NCBI GenBank assembly: GCA_964447495.1
Contig: CAYUTF010000057.1
Span: 5,548 to 19,639 of the forward strand
Source of the DNA: an uncultured archaeon
GTDB taxonomy: Archaea; Asgardarchaeota; Lokiarchaeia; Sigyniarchaeales; SOKP01
Reading direction: 5' to 3'
Length of the DNA: 14,092 bases
In this document: positions 7,325 through 14,092 of the stretch, piece by piece
Numbering within the stretch: the first letter of the stretch is position 1
Layout: each line of letters opens with the position of its first letter
The notes under the pieces: model-generated
Databases searched by the model: none
What the model was told of the DNA's origin: nothing
Seen by the model: the letters and a program-made list of their open reading frames with translations, nothing else
Made by a program: the position numbers and the translations under genes

Positions 7325-7904
7325 ACTTTTCTTTTTGGAATAATATTTTTAAGAAATCAGGATAAGTCAATAAATAACTTTGAGCGTTGGGTAATTGTTC
7401 CTTGATTTTGATAAACAACTGTGAGTAATGCTCAGCTCGGTCTTTTTGTTTTAACATTTCATTTCTAGTTTGTTCTCTTATAGGTTCGACGGGAATTCCC
7501 TTTAACACAGATCTAGCTGGAATTGTTAAACCCGGAGGGACTTGACTTTTATTCAAGATTATTGAACCTTCTCCTATAGAACTTTCTTCATATATTAAAC
7601 TCCCTTCCATTACCTGAACATAATCTTCCATAAAACATCCTAATATAGTAACACCTGATTCAATAATACAATAACGTCCAATATGAATTGAACTTTTTTG
7701 CAATCTTGTAAATAACATGACTCCATTGAAGATCGTTGAATATTCTCCTATATTAATTTGAGAGTTTTCACCTCTTATTATCGATCCTGGCCAAATAATC
7801 GCATTATCATTTACTTTAACATTCCCAATTAATGTTGAGAGTGGTGAAACATAAGCATTATCACTAATATCGGGTTTTCTGCCGTTATATTCTAACAGTA
7901 CCAT
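7323..7904 (-). CDS. Gamma-carbonic-anhydrase-like left-handed beta-helix protein lacking the zinc-binding histidines
   Basis: YNGRKPDIS..AYVSP..TLIGNVKV...IWPGSIIRG...INIG hexapeptide repeats and G.P..PIR followed by a C-terminal helix, as in YrdA/Cam-like proteins. AAGGAG SD upstream. The expected His positions read F65, S83, L88. Confidence 0.88.
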   Translation of the reverse strand: MVLLEYNGRKPDISDNAYVSPLSTLIGNVKVNDNAIIWPGSIIRGENSQINIGEYSTIFNGVMLFTRLQKSSIHIGRYCIIESGVTILGCFMEDYVQVMEGSLIYEESSIGEGSIILNKSQVPPGLTIPARSVLKGIPVEPIREQTRNEMLKQKDRAEHYSQLFIKIKEQLPNAQSYLLTYPDFLKILFQKEK

Positions 7905-8032
7905 TTTTTATCTCCTTATTAGATAATTTTAAAATTGGAATAAAAATATGATAGTTTTAATTAATTTAAATTTATTTATATAAACAAAAATTCTGATGAT
8001 TTAATCGATTAGAATTTTGATTACTTCAAAAT

Positions 8033-8854
8033 TTAAGAATTTATATATAATTTTAAGGGATTTTTTGAATTAAATAAAAAAAATTCATCATAAGGGAATT
8101 TCAAACTTAGAAAATTACACATTTTTTTTAAAGCTAGAATTTCACAATTGAAGAATGGGATTTCTATAATATTTATACCTAAATCAAATGCTTGATTACA
8201 AATTGAACGATTTACTCTTCCAGTAATATAACAGTCACACTTTTGATTTAATGCTTCATCAAAATATTTTATAAAAAGGTCTTCTCCTCCAATAATGCAA
8301 ATTTTACTAATTTTCTTTTTTAATTCTCCAAGATAAAAAATAGATTGTATTTTTAAATTTGATCTTATTCGTTTAATTAATGACTCCAAATTAAAGGTTT
8401 CATTTACCCCAGGATAAGGATTTGGAGCACAAACTCTCCCAATGGGAATTATATGGTTATTATTACATCTAATTTCAAAAGAATGATCTAAATTTAAAAA
8501 TAAGGCATCCATTATTGTATCGGAAACACCTCCCTCAGCAGCAACAAATGAAGAACCTAATACAAATATAGATATAGGGTATTTTGAGAGTATTGATAAC
8601 TTATTTATTAAATTAGGTTTAAAATTTTTAATTGAATTAGTTATTAAACCATTTATAGAAATAATAAAATTAATTTTGTTTTTAATTGCAAAGTATAAGG
8701 CATTTAAACTTAAATCTACTGTAAGCATAATTTTTTTAAGATTTTTTTTATTATTAACGGCACCATAATGGAATCCATAAATCTCAGAGTCCAGCTGATA
8801 CTGTTTTGGAGATACTTCTTTTTCTATTAGTAATCTTATCTCTTCTAGATTCAT
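8033..8854 (-). CDS. Nif3/YbgI-like (GTP cyclohydrolase 1 type 2 homologue) protein with a degenerate dimetal site
   Basis: Nif3 framework: G..YG...KKIMLTVDL....AI....NFIIS, IGRV, ISKICIIGG, A....CDCYITG, GINIIE....E. The HH, HxxxD and HxxxE motifs read IN, GSSFV and FFNCE. Confidence 0.85.
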   Translation of the reverse strand: MNLEEIRLLIEKEVSPKQYQLDSEIYGFHYGAVNNKKNLKKIMLTVDLSLNALYFAIKNKINFIISINGLITNSIKNFKPNLINKLSILSKYPISIFVLGSSFVAAEGGVSDTIMDALFLNLDHSFEIRCNNNHIIPIGRVCAPNPYPGVNETFNLESLIKRIRSNLKIQSIFYLGELKKKISKICIIGGEDLFIKYFDEALNQKCDCYITGRVNRSICNQAFDLGINIIEIPFFNCEILALKKMCNFLSLKFPYDEFFLFNSKNPLKLYINS

Positions 8855-8995
8855 TGTTTTCTGGGTGTTTTTAATAATGAAGAATGATTTATTATTACAA
8901 AAAAAAAATTACTCTCTGATGATTTTTTATATTAAACATTTTTAATATTAAATATCCATTTAAGAAATATCAAATTGAATGTATAAATTAGAAAA

Positions 8996-9409
8996 ATGGA
9001 AGATAAGGATTGCATTTTCTGTAGAATAGTTAAAAGAGAAATCGCTTCAAAAATCGTATATGAGAATGATTATACATTAGCATTTTTAGACATTTTCCCT
9101 ATTTCAAAAGGACATACAATTGTTATACCAAAAAATCACTACAACAATATTGAAGATATACCTGAGAGAGAACTAATAGAAGTGGTAAAAACAGTTAAGT
9201 TACTAGCTAAAGTGCTTCATAATAAATTAAATCTAGAAGGTTATAATGTTCTCCAAAACAATTTTAAATCGGCTGGTCAGGTGGTCAATCATTTCCATTT
9301 TCATATTATTCCTAGAAAGATAAATGACTCTAGATTTAGATTAAAAATTCCAAGAGAACAGGCACAAGAAGAAGATTTAGATGAAATTATAAAATATATT
9401 AAAAATTAA
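8996..9409 (+). CDS. HIT family (HINT-type) nucleotide hydrolase
   Basis: DCIFCRIV, AFLDIFPISKGHTIVIPKNH, NNFKSAGQVVNHFHFHIIPR, with an intact HxHxHxx triad and CxxC/His zinc ligands. Confidence 0.95.
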   Translation: MEDKDCIFCRIVKREIASKIVYENDYTLAFLDIFPISKGHTIVIPKNHYNNIEDIPERELIEVVKTVKLLAKVLHNKLNLEGYNVLQNNFKSAGQVVNHFHFHIIPRKINDSRFRLKIPREQAQEEDLDEIIKYIKN

Positions 9410-9428
9410 GTAGTTTTACTGTTTTTTT
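9409..9428 (+). terminator. Possible terminator of the HIT gene
   Basis: Short AGTA-GTTT-TACT hairpin followed by T7 (9422-9428). Confidence 0.4.
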
Positions 9429-9497
9429 AATAAATTTGTGCTGTTTAAAAATATTTATTTTAATATTTAATTAGTTTACTAAATTAATGGCATTATA

Positions 9498-9692
9498 ATG
9501 AAGAAAATAATCAAAACTGTAAAGGAAAAGCTAACTAATTTTATAAAAGATGAATTTGGTGGTAATCTAATCGAATATGCATTGCTTATCGGCTTCGCTC
9601 TATTTGTTTTTTTCTTAATAGTTGGAATCATCACATCAATTTTAGATTGGACATTGGGATTGTCCAATGACTTCTTTAATCTCTTTGGATAA
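9498..9692 (+). CDS. Flp/Fap-like small type IV prepilin (class III signal peptide)
   Basis: 64 aa. Basic leader MKKIIKTVKEKLTNFIKDEFG, then GNLIEYALLIG: Gly(-1), Glu(+5), Tyr(+6), the F..DE.G....EY Flp motif, followed by one hydrophobic helix and an amphipathic tail. Confidence 0.78.
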   Translation: MKKIIKTVKEKLTNFIKDEFGGNLIEYALLIGFALFVFFLIVGIITSILDWTLGLSNDFFNLFG

Positions 9693-10067
9693 TTAGTCAA
9701 TCTTTTTTACTACAAAATTTTCAAAAATCTGAAGGTTATATTTTTCAGACCATATGTGGAGATTATCTAAAACATACATTTTATCTACTTTAATAAAATC
9801 AATGAAATCATCTAAAGGTATTTTATTAGCTCCTTTAAATAAATTGGTAATCCTTTTATTAATTACTGAATCTTCAGGTGGATATAATATTCTCTTTTTA
9901 GCTCTCAATCTTTCTAAAATGTCGTCAAATCTACCATAATCAAAAAAATGTTCAACAATTCTACTGATTACAGCAGCTGGACTGTTTCCAAATACTCCTA
10001 CTAGTTCTTCTATCTGATTCATACTACTTTTACTTAATGTTACTGTTGTTCTAGTAGTTTCTGTCAT
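9693..10067 (-). CDS. Ribbon-helix-helix (CopG/Arc/MetJ-like) DNA-binding protein with an extra C-terminal domain
   Basis: N-terminal TRTTVTLS beta-ribbon, helix (SMNQIEELVG), turn and second helix (SPAAVISRIVEHFF). The C-terminal ~50 aa resemble a winged helix. Confidence 0.7.
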   Translation of the reverse strand: MTETTRTTVTLSKSSMNQIEELVGVFGNSPAAVISRIVEHFFDYGRFDDILERLRAKKRILYPPEDSVINKRITNLFKGANKIPLDDFIDFIKVDKMYVLDNLHIWSEKYNLQIFENFVVKKID

Positions 10068-10118
10068 TAGAAATTTTGAAAAAATTATTAAGATTTAATT
10101 ATATGAATATTTTTGTCG

Positions 10119-10126
10119 TATATAAA
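10119..10126 (-). promoter_or_regulatory. Candidate TATA box for the RHH gene
   Basis: TTTATATA on the - strand, about 52 bp upstream of ATG 10067. Confidence 0.45.
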
Positions 10127-10247
10127 TCTATGCTAAATGATGATAATAATGCATAAATAAGCATCTTTTTATATTAAATCATTCTATAATATATTATGAG
10201 ACATACTTTAGAGATTTTAATTAAAATGTCGAAAATATGTCGATTTA

Positions 10248-10275
10248 TTTATATAAAAAAATTTTAGAGTGGAGG
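10248..10275 (+). promoter_or_regulatory. Candidate TATA box and SD for the winged-helix gene
   Basis: TTTATATA at 10248-10255, GGAGG at 10271-10275, ATG at 10284. Confidence 0.5.
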
Positions 10276-10283
10276 AATATAAA

Positions 10284-10535
10284 ATGGCTAATAAATTATT
10301 TATTGATGATTTTGAAAGGAGAGATTTCTTTACTCCATTACAAAATAGCTTAATTAGGATTCTTGAGAATGGTGGCCCAATTACAAGAAGAGAATTAGTA
10401 AAGGTTTTGAAAACCCCTAGAACAACAATATATGATAATTTATTAAAGTTACAGAAAAAAAAAGTAATTGAAAAATTCTCTAGAAATAGTGGAAGAAGAG
10501 GTAGACCCTTAGTTTTTTGGAAATTAACAAATTAA
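10284..10535 (+). CDS. Stand-alone winged helix-turn-helix transcriptional regulator (TrmB/MarR/ArsR-like)
   Basis: TPLQNSLIRILENGGPITRRELVKVLKTPRTTIYDNLLKLQKKKVIEK...GRRGRPLVFWKL: HTH plus a GRP wing. The GGAGG SD favours ATG 10284 over GTG 10269. Confidence 0.88.
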   Translation: MANKLFIDDFERRDFFTPLQNSLIRILENGGPITRRELVKVLKTPRTTIYDNLLKLQKKKVIEKFSRNSGRRGRPLVFWKLTN

Positions 10536-10570
10536 TTATCAATTTTTTTTTAATTATATTTATTTCTATT

Positions 10571-10762
10571 AAGATACTGCATTATTTCTACTGCAAATTT
10601 TAATATAAAATGGTATAAAATTTATATCTTAATTATAATAATAAAATGGAACCCAGATATAAATTCATTAAAAATATTTAAATATTCTTGTTAAACCTTT
10701 AATTAATATTAAAATGTAAATTTCTATATTAGATATTTCCATTCGAAATCTTGCAGTATATT
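10571..10762. repeat. Imperfect ~40-bp inverted repeat enclosing smaller perfect inverted repeats
   Basis: Left arm AAGATACTGCATTATTTCTACTGCAAATTTTAATATA; reverse complement of the right arm AATATACTGCAAGATTTCGAATGGAAATATCTAATATA. Inner 11-bp perfect IR at 10619-10629 / 10655-10665. Confidence 0.55.
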
Positions 10763-10802
10763 CATAAAATTATAGTTATTTAGCTCATCAAAAAAATCAG
10801 TT

Positions 10803-12593
10803 TCATTTAGGAATATAATAGTATTCATTTATTCTTTTTTGGTATTGATCTTTATTACTTCCTATTTTGTTTACTCTAGGTCTTTTTGTAACGGAATCTC
10901 GTCGAAAAGTTATACCCATAATTTTGAGAAACAAATTAAAACCATCTCTAAGATTTTGTGGGGCTTCTGCTATTCCATTTAAGCCAGGAGTACCCTTGAA
11001 AACTAGAATAGAATCAGCTATGAAATCTTGTGTGATAATATCATGTTCTACAACAAAAGCTGATTTTTTTAATTCTTCTATAGATTTTCTTAATAATTGA
11101 GCAACCTGAAGTCTCATTTCAACATCTAAAAATGCAGAGGGTTCATCAAATAAGTAAATATCCGCTTCTTTCATCAAACATTTTGCAATAGCAACTCTTT
11201 GTAATTCTCCTCCACTTAATTCAGAGATTTTACGTTCCTTTATGGTTTCTAGGTTTAAACTATTGATTAATCTCTTTTTATAAGATTCACTTAAATGTGG
11301 AGTAAGCTTTATTTTTGTAATTAAATTAGAGATATTTTCTTCATCATTTAGTCTTATGTATTGAGGCTTCATTGAAACTTTAAGCTTTTTTTCGTTATTT
11401 TCTTCTATATTATTAGATATTATATTGATAAAAGTAGTCTTTCCTATTCCATTGGGTCCTAGAATTCCTATGATTTCACCAGAATGAATCTCACTCCCTG
11501 AAACCTTTAATTGAAAATTTCCCTGCGACATTTTTAAGTTTTCATATGAAAATAAAACATCTCCAGATCCAAATAAAGAATTTAATGGAGGTCGCTCATG
11601 AAATTTAATAGGTTCTTCACGAAATCTTAAATTTTCATCTTTTATATAACCATTAAGATAGATGTTAATTCCTACTCTAACTCCTTGAGGATGGGATAGA
11701 ATTCCATATACTCCAGGAATTCCATAAAATAGTGAGATATAATCGCTTAAATAATCTAATATAGCAAGATCATGTTCAACAACAATTACAATCTTATCAT
11801 TAATGGTAAGAGATCTTATCAATTTTGCCATATTAATCCTTTCACTGACATCTAAATATGAGCTTGGTTCATCGATAAGATAAACATCACCATCTTTAAG
11901 ATATGCAGCAGCTATGGCAACCCTTTGTAATTCACCACCTGAAAGAACATCCACTTCTCTTTCTAATATTTCATTCAGATTTAATTTATCTGTTATAGTA
12001 TCAAGTTTATCATTTGTATCATTTTTTTTAAGTAAATCATAAACCTTTCCAGAAACATACTTCGGAATGGTGGTAATATTTTGAGGTTTGTGTATAATTC
12101 TAATGGTTCCCTTTTTTAAATCAAGAAAATATTGTTGGAGTTCAGAACCTTTAAAAAAATTAATTACTTCTTCTTGTTGTGGCGTAGCATCATTAAACCT
12201 CCCAAAATTTATATTCAAATCACCTGATAATATCCTAAGCATAGTACTTTTTCCAATTCCATTTTGTCCTATTAATCCTAAAACCTTCCCCTTCTTTGGA
12301 ATTGCCATTCTAAATAAAGTAAATTGATCTGGTCCATAACGGTAAGTAATTTGGTTCTTTAGAGGATCTGGTAAGTTAACTATACTTATTGCGTTAAATG
12401 GACATTTTTTAATGCAAATTCCACATCCTGTACACAAACTTTCAATAATTTCTACACTTTTTCCATTTGGATTCAATACAATTGTATTATCTCCAGTTCT
12501 TACTCTTGGGCAATATTTAATACACGGTTTTTCACCAAAAGGACTACATTTTTCTGGTTTGCATCGATCTCTATTAAGAACGGCAATTCTCAT
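10803..12593 (-). CDS. rli: ABCE1 (RLI) ribosome recycling ATPase
   Basis: N-terminal 2x[4Fe-4S] domain (CKPEKC...CIKYCP; CTGCGICIKKCPF) and two NBDs (GQNGIGKS / GPNGIGKT, LSGGELQR twice, DEPS twice, EHD twice), hinge TFRRD....RPRVNK. GGTGA SD upstream. Confidence 0.97.
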   Translation of the reverse strand: MRIAVLNRDRCKPEKCSPFGEKPCIKYCPRVRTGDNTIVLNPNGKSVEIIESLCTGCGICIKKCPFNAISIVNLPDPLKNQITYRYGPDQFTLFRMAIPKKGKVLGLIGQNGIGKSTMLRILSGDLNINFGRFNDATPQQEEVINFFKGSELQQYFLDLKKGTIRIIHKPQNITTIPKYVSGKVYDLLKKNDTNDKLDTITDKLNLNEILEREVDVLSGGELQRVAIAAAYLKDGDVYLIDEPSSYLDVSERINMAKLIRSLTINDKIVIVVEHDLAILDYLSDYISLFYGIPGVYGILSHPQGVRVGINIYLNGYIKDENLRFREEPIKFHERPPLNSLFGSGDVLFSYENLKMSQGNFQLKVSGSEIHSGEIIGILGPNGIGKTTFINIISNNIEENNEKKLKVSMKPQYIRLNDEENISNLITKIKLTPHLSESYKKRLINSLNLETIKERKISELSGGELQRVAIAKCLMKEADIYLFDEPSAFLDVEMRLQVAQLLRKSIEELKKSAFVVEHDIITQDFIADSILVFKGTPGLNGIAEAPQNLRDGFNLFLKIMGITFRRDSVTKRPRVNKIGSNKDQYQKRINEYYYIPK

Positions 12594-12619
12594 TATAGGT
12601 CACCAATATTTGAAATGAA

Positions 12620-12644
12620 AAATGATAAATAATTTTTATCATTT
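12620..12644. promoter_or_regulatory. Perfect 10-5-10 inverted repeat in the ABCE1/lysS divergent promoter
   Basis: AAATGATAAA-TAATT-TTTATCATTT. Confidence 0.45.
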
Positions 12645-12680
12645 AATAATTTAAGAGTTTAGCTTAATTTATTGAAGAAT

Positions 12681-14092
12681 ATGAATAAAAAATTTTCTGT
12701 TCATTGGTTAGAAGATATTGTAGATGAAATATTGAATAGAAAGGTATCAGAAATTACTTTATCTACTGGAAAAACACCTTCAGGACATATTCACATAGGC
12801 ATTTTAAGAGAGATATTAATTTGTGATGCGTTAAGAAGAGTTTTAGAAGATAAAGGGCAAAAAGTAAAGAGTTTACTTTTCTTAGACTCACTTGATGCAG
12901 CCAAGAGGTTTCCAGATTACATTGACAAAGATTTTCAAATCAACCATTTAGGAAAACCATTTTCCTTAATACCTTGTCCTTTTAAAGAATGTGGTTGTGA
13001 AAGCTATGCTCATCATTTTGGTGAAGAACTAGTTTCAACATTTGAAAATTTTGGTATAAAAAATCAAATAATTTGGACTCATGAATTATATTCTAAAAAA
13101 GATATGCAAGAAAAAATTCGAGTTGCATTAGAAAAAACTGAAGAAATCAAAGAAATACTAAAAAAATATCTCTTACCAACTTTAGATGAGGATCGGAAAA
13201 AAGAATTTTTAAAATCTCAAGAAAATTGGATGCCCGCAATGGTAATATGCGAAAAATGCAATAAAATACAATTTAGAACTGAAAATGGTTCAATAAAGCC
13301 AAATCGCGTTTTAAAATTCATAAGTGATGAAGATAATGTCATATATGAATGTCATGCTTGTAAAAAAAAATCTAAAATTTCAATTTATAGTGGAAGATTG
13401 AAATTAAATTGGCGAGTAGATTGGCCAGCAAAATGGGCCTTATTTAAAACCACTTGTGAACCTGCAGGAAAAGACCATGCTGTTAAAGGAGGAGCTTATG
13501 ATACAGGATTAGAATTATGTCAACGAATTTTTGGTTATCGTGGCCCAATAAGAGTCCCCTATGAATGGTTAAGATTAGGTGAACGTGATATGAAAACTTC
13601 CAAAGGAATTGTGTTTACTCCAAAAAAATATTTGGAATTAGCGGATGCAAATATTTATAGGATGTTGATTTTAAGAACTAATCCTATGAAGCATATCTCC
13701 TTACGAATTGAGGAGCTTCCTCAATATCATGATCAGTATGATAAAATGGAAAAAATCTATTATAATTTTGAAGATACAGATTTAGAAGAAGATCTTGATT
13801 TTTTCAAATACTTATACCCATTAACAAGAATAAAAAAAGTCACGAAGCAAAGACCAGTAAATATATCCTTTAATTATTTAATTTTTTTCTCTCAAATTCA
13901 AAATATATTACCCCTTGAAAGATTGTATCAAAAAGCAGAGAGTATTGTCGATAACGAAAAATTTGAAAAAGAATACTCTATAAGTGATTTTAAGTTTCTA
14001 TTAAATAGGACATTAAACTGGGTAAATTTTATTAAAAAGATAATTGAAGATGAGGATGATATTAAAGTTAAAAGAAATATTGTCAATAAAGT
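12681..14092 (+). CDS. lysS: Lysyl-tRNA synthetase, class I (3'-truncated by window edge)
   Basis: Not in the ORF track. Reads MNKKFSVHWLEDIVDEI...STGKTPSGHIHIGILRE (HIGH), KLNWRVDWPAKW...CEPAGKDH..KGGAYDTG, PYEW....RDMKTSKG (KMSKS-like), and stays in frame to the window end. Confidence 0.96.
   Translation, partial: MNKKFSVHWLEDIVDEILNRKVSEITLSTGKTPSGHIHIGILREILICDALRRVLEDKGQKVKSLLFLDSLDAAKRFPDYIDKDFQINHLGKPFSLIPCPFKECGCESYAHHFGEELVSTFENFGIKNQIIWTHELYSKKDMQEKIRVALEKTEEIKEILKKYLLPTLDEDRKKEFLKSQENWMPAMVICEKCNKIQFRTENGSIKPNRVLKFISDEDNVIYECHACKKKSKISIYSGRLKLNWRVDWPAKWALFKTTCEPAGKDHAVKGGAYDTGLELCQRIFGYRGPIRVPYEWLRLGERDMKTSKGIVFTPKKYLELADANIYRMLILRTNPMKHISLRIEELPQYHDQYDKMEKIYYNFEDTDLEEDLDFFKYLYPLTRIKKVTKQRPVNISFNYLIFFSQIQNILPLERLYQKAESIVDNEKFEKEYSISDFKFLLNRTLNWVNFIKKIIEDEDDIKVKRNIVNK

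Noticed and set aside
7323-8854. Calling the gamma-CA-like and Nif3-like genes pseudogenes
   Set aside because: Both ORFs are full length and uninterrupted with conserved structural residues; the losses are concentrated at metal ligands.
9479-9939. ORFs 9479-9700 (-) and 9754-9939 (+)
   Set aside because: Antisense to the Flp-like pilin and the RHH gene, which carry recognisable motifs.
9498-10067. Toxin-antitoxin interpretation (RHH antitoxin plus small hydrophobic toxin)
   Set aside because: The genes are convergent, no PIN/RelE/HEPN toxin is adjacent, and the small protein has a clear prepilin motif.
10867-12618. + strand ORFs 10867-11100, 12088-12327 and 12412-12618
   Set aside because: Antisense shadows of ABCE1.
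1-14092. tRNA, rRNA, CRISPR array, transposase/integrase, programmed frameshifts at A/T homopolymers
   Set aside because: No GC-rich cloverleaf or rRNA-like tract, no regularly spaced repeats, no recombinase motifs, and all recognised genes stay in frame across the homopolymer runs.

Overview
AT-rich archaeal chromosomal segment. TFB, class I LysRS, ABCE1, archaeal Rqc2/NEMF, GGAGG/GGTGA ribosome-binding sites, TTTATATA boxes and oligo-T terminators establish archaeal origin. An Asgard (Lokiarchaeia-like) source is my inference from gene content and style. Gene order: 3' end of pyrI; EMC6/Get2-like 3-TM protein head-to-head with rqc2; a 4-TM protein and a secreted membrane-anchored DOMON/CBM9-like protein; a tandem double SEC11-type signal peptidase; a 4-TM protein; a TFB with an altered B-reader; a gamma-carbonic-anhydrase-fold protein and a Nif3-fold protein that both lack their metal ligands; a HIT hydrolase; an orphan Flp-type pilin; a divergent RHH / winged-helix regulator pair; ABCE1; and the 5' part of lysS. 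Best leads: the adjacent pseudo-metalloenzyme pair beside the variant TFB, the EMC6-like protein with a Get2-like basic N-terminus, the double signal peptidase, the Flp-like pilin, and a nested inverted-repeat element at about 10570-10760. No rRNA, tRNA, CRISPR array or transposase was seen. All family assignments come from motif recognition by eye, not from database searches.
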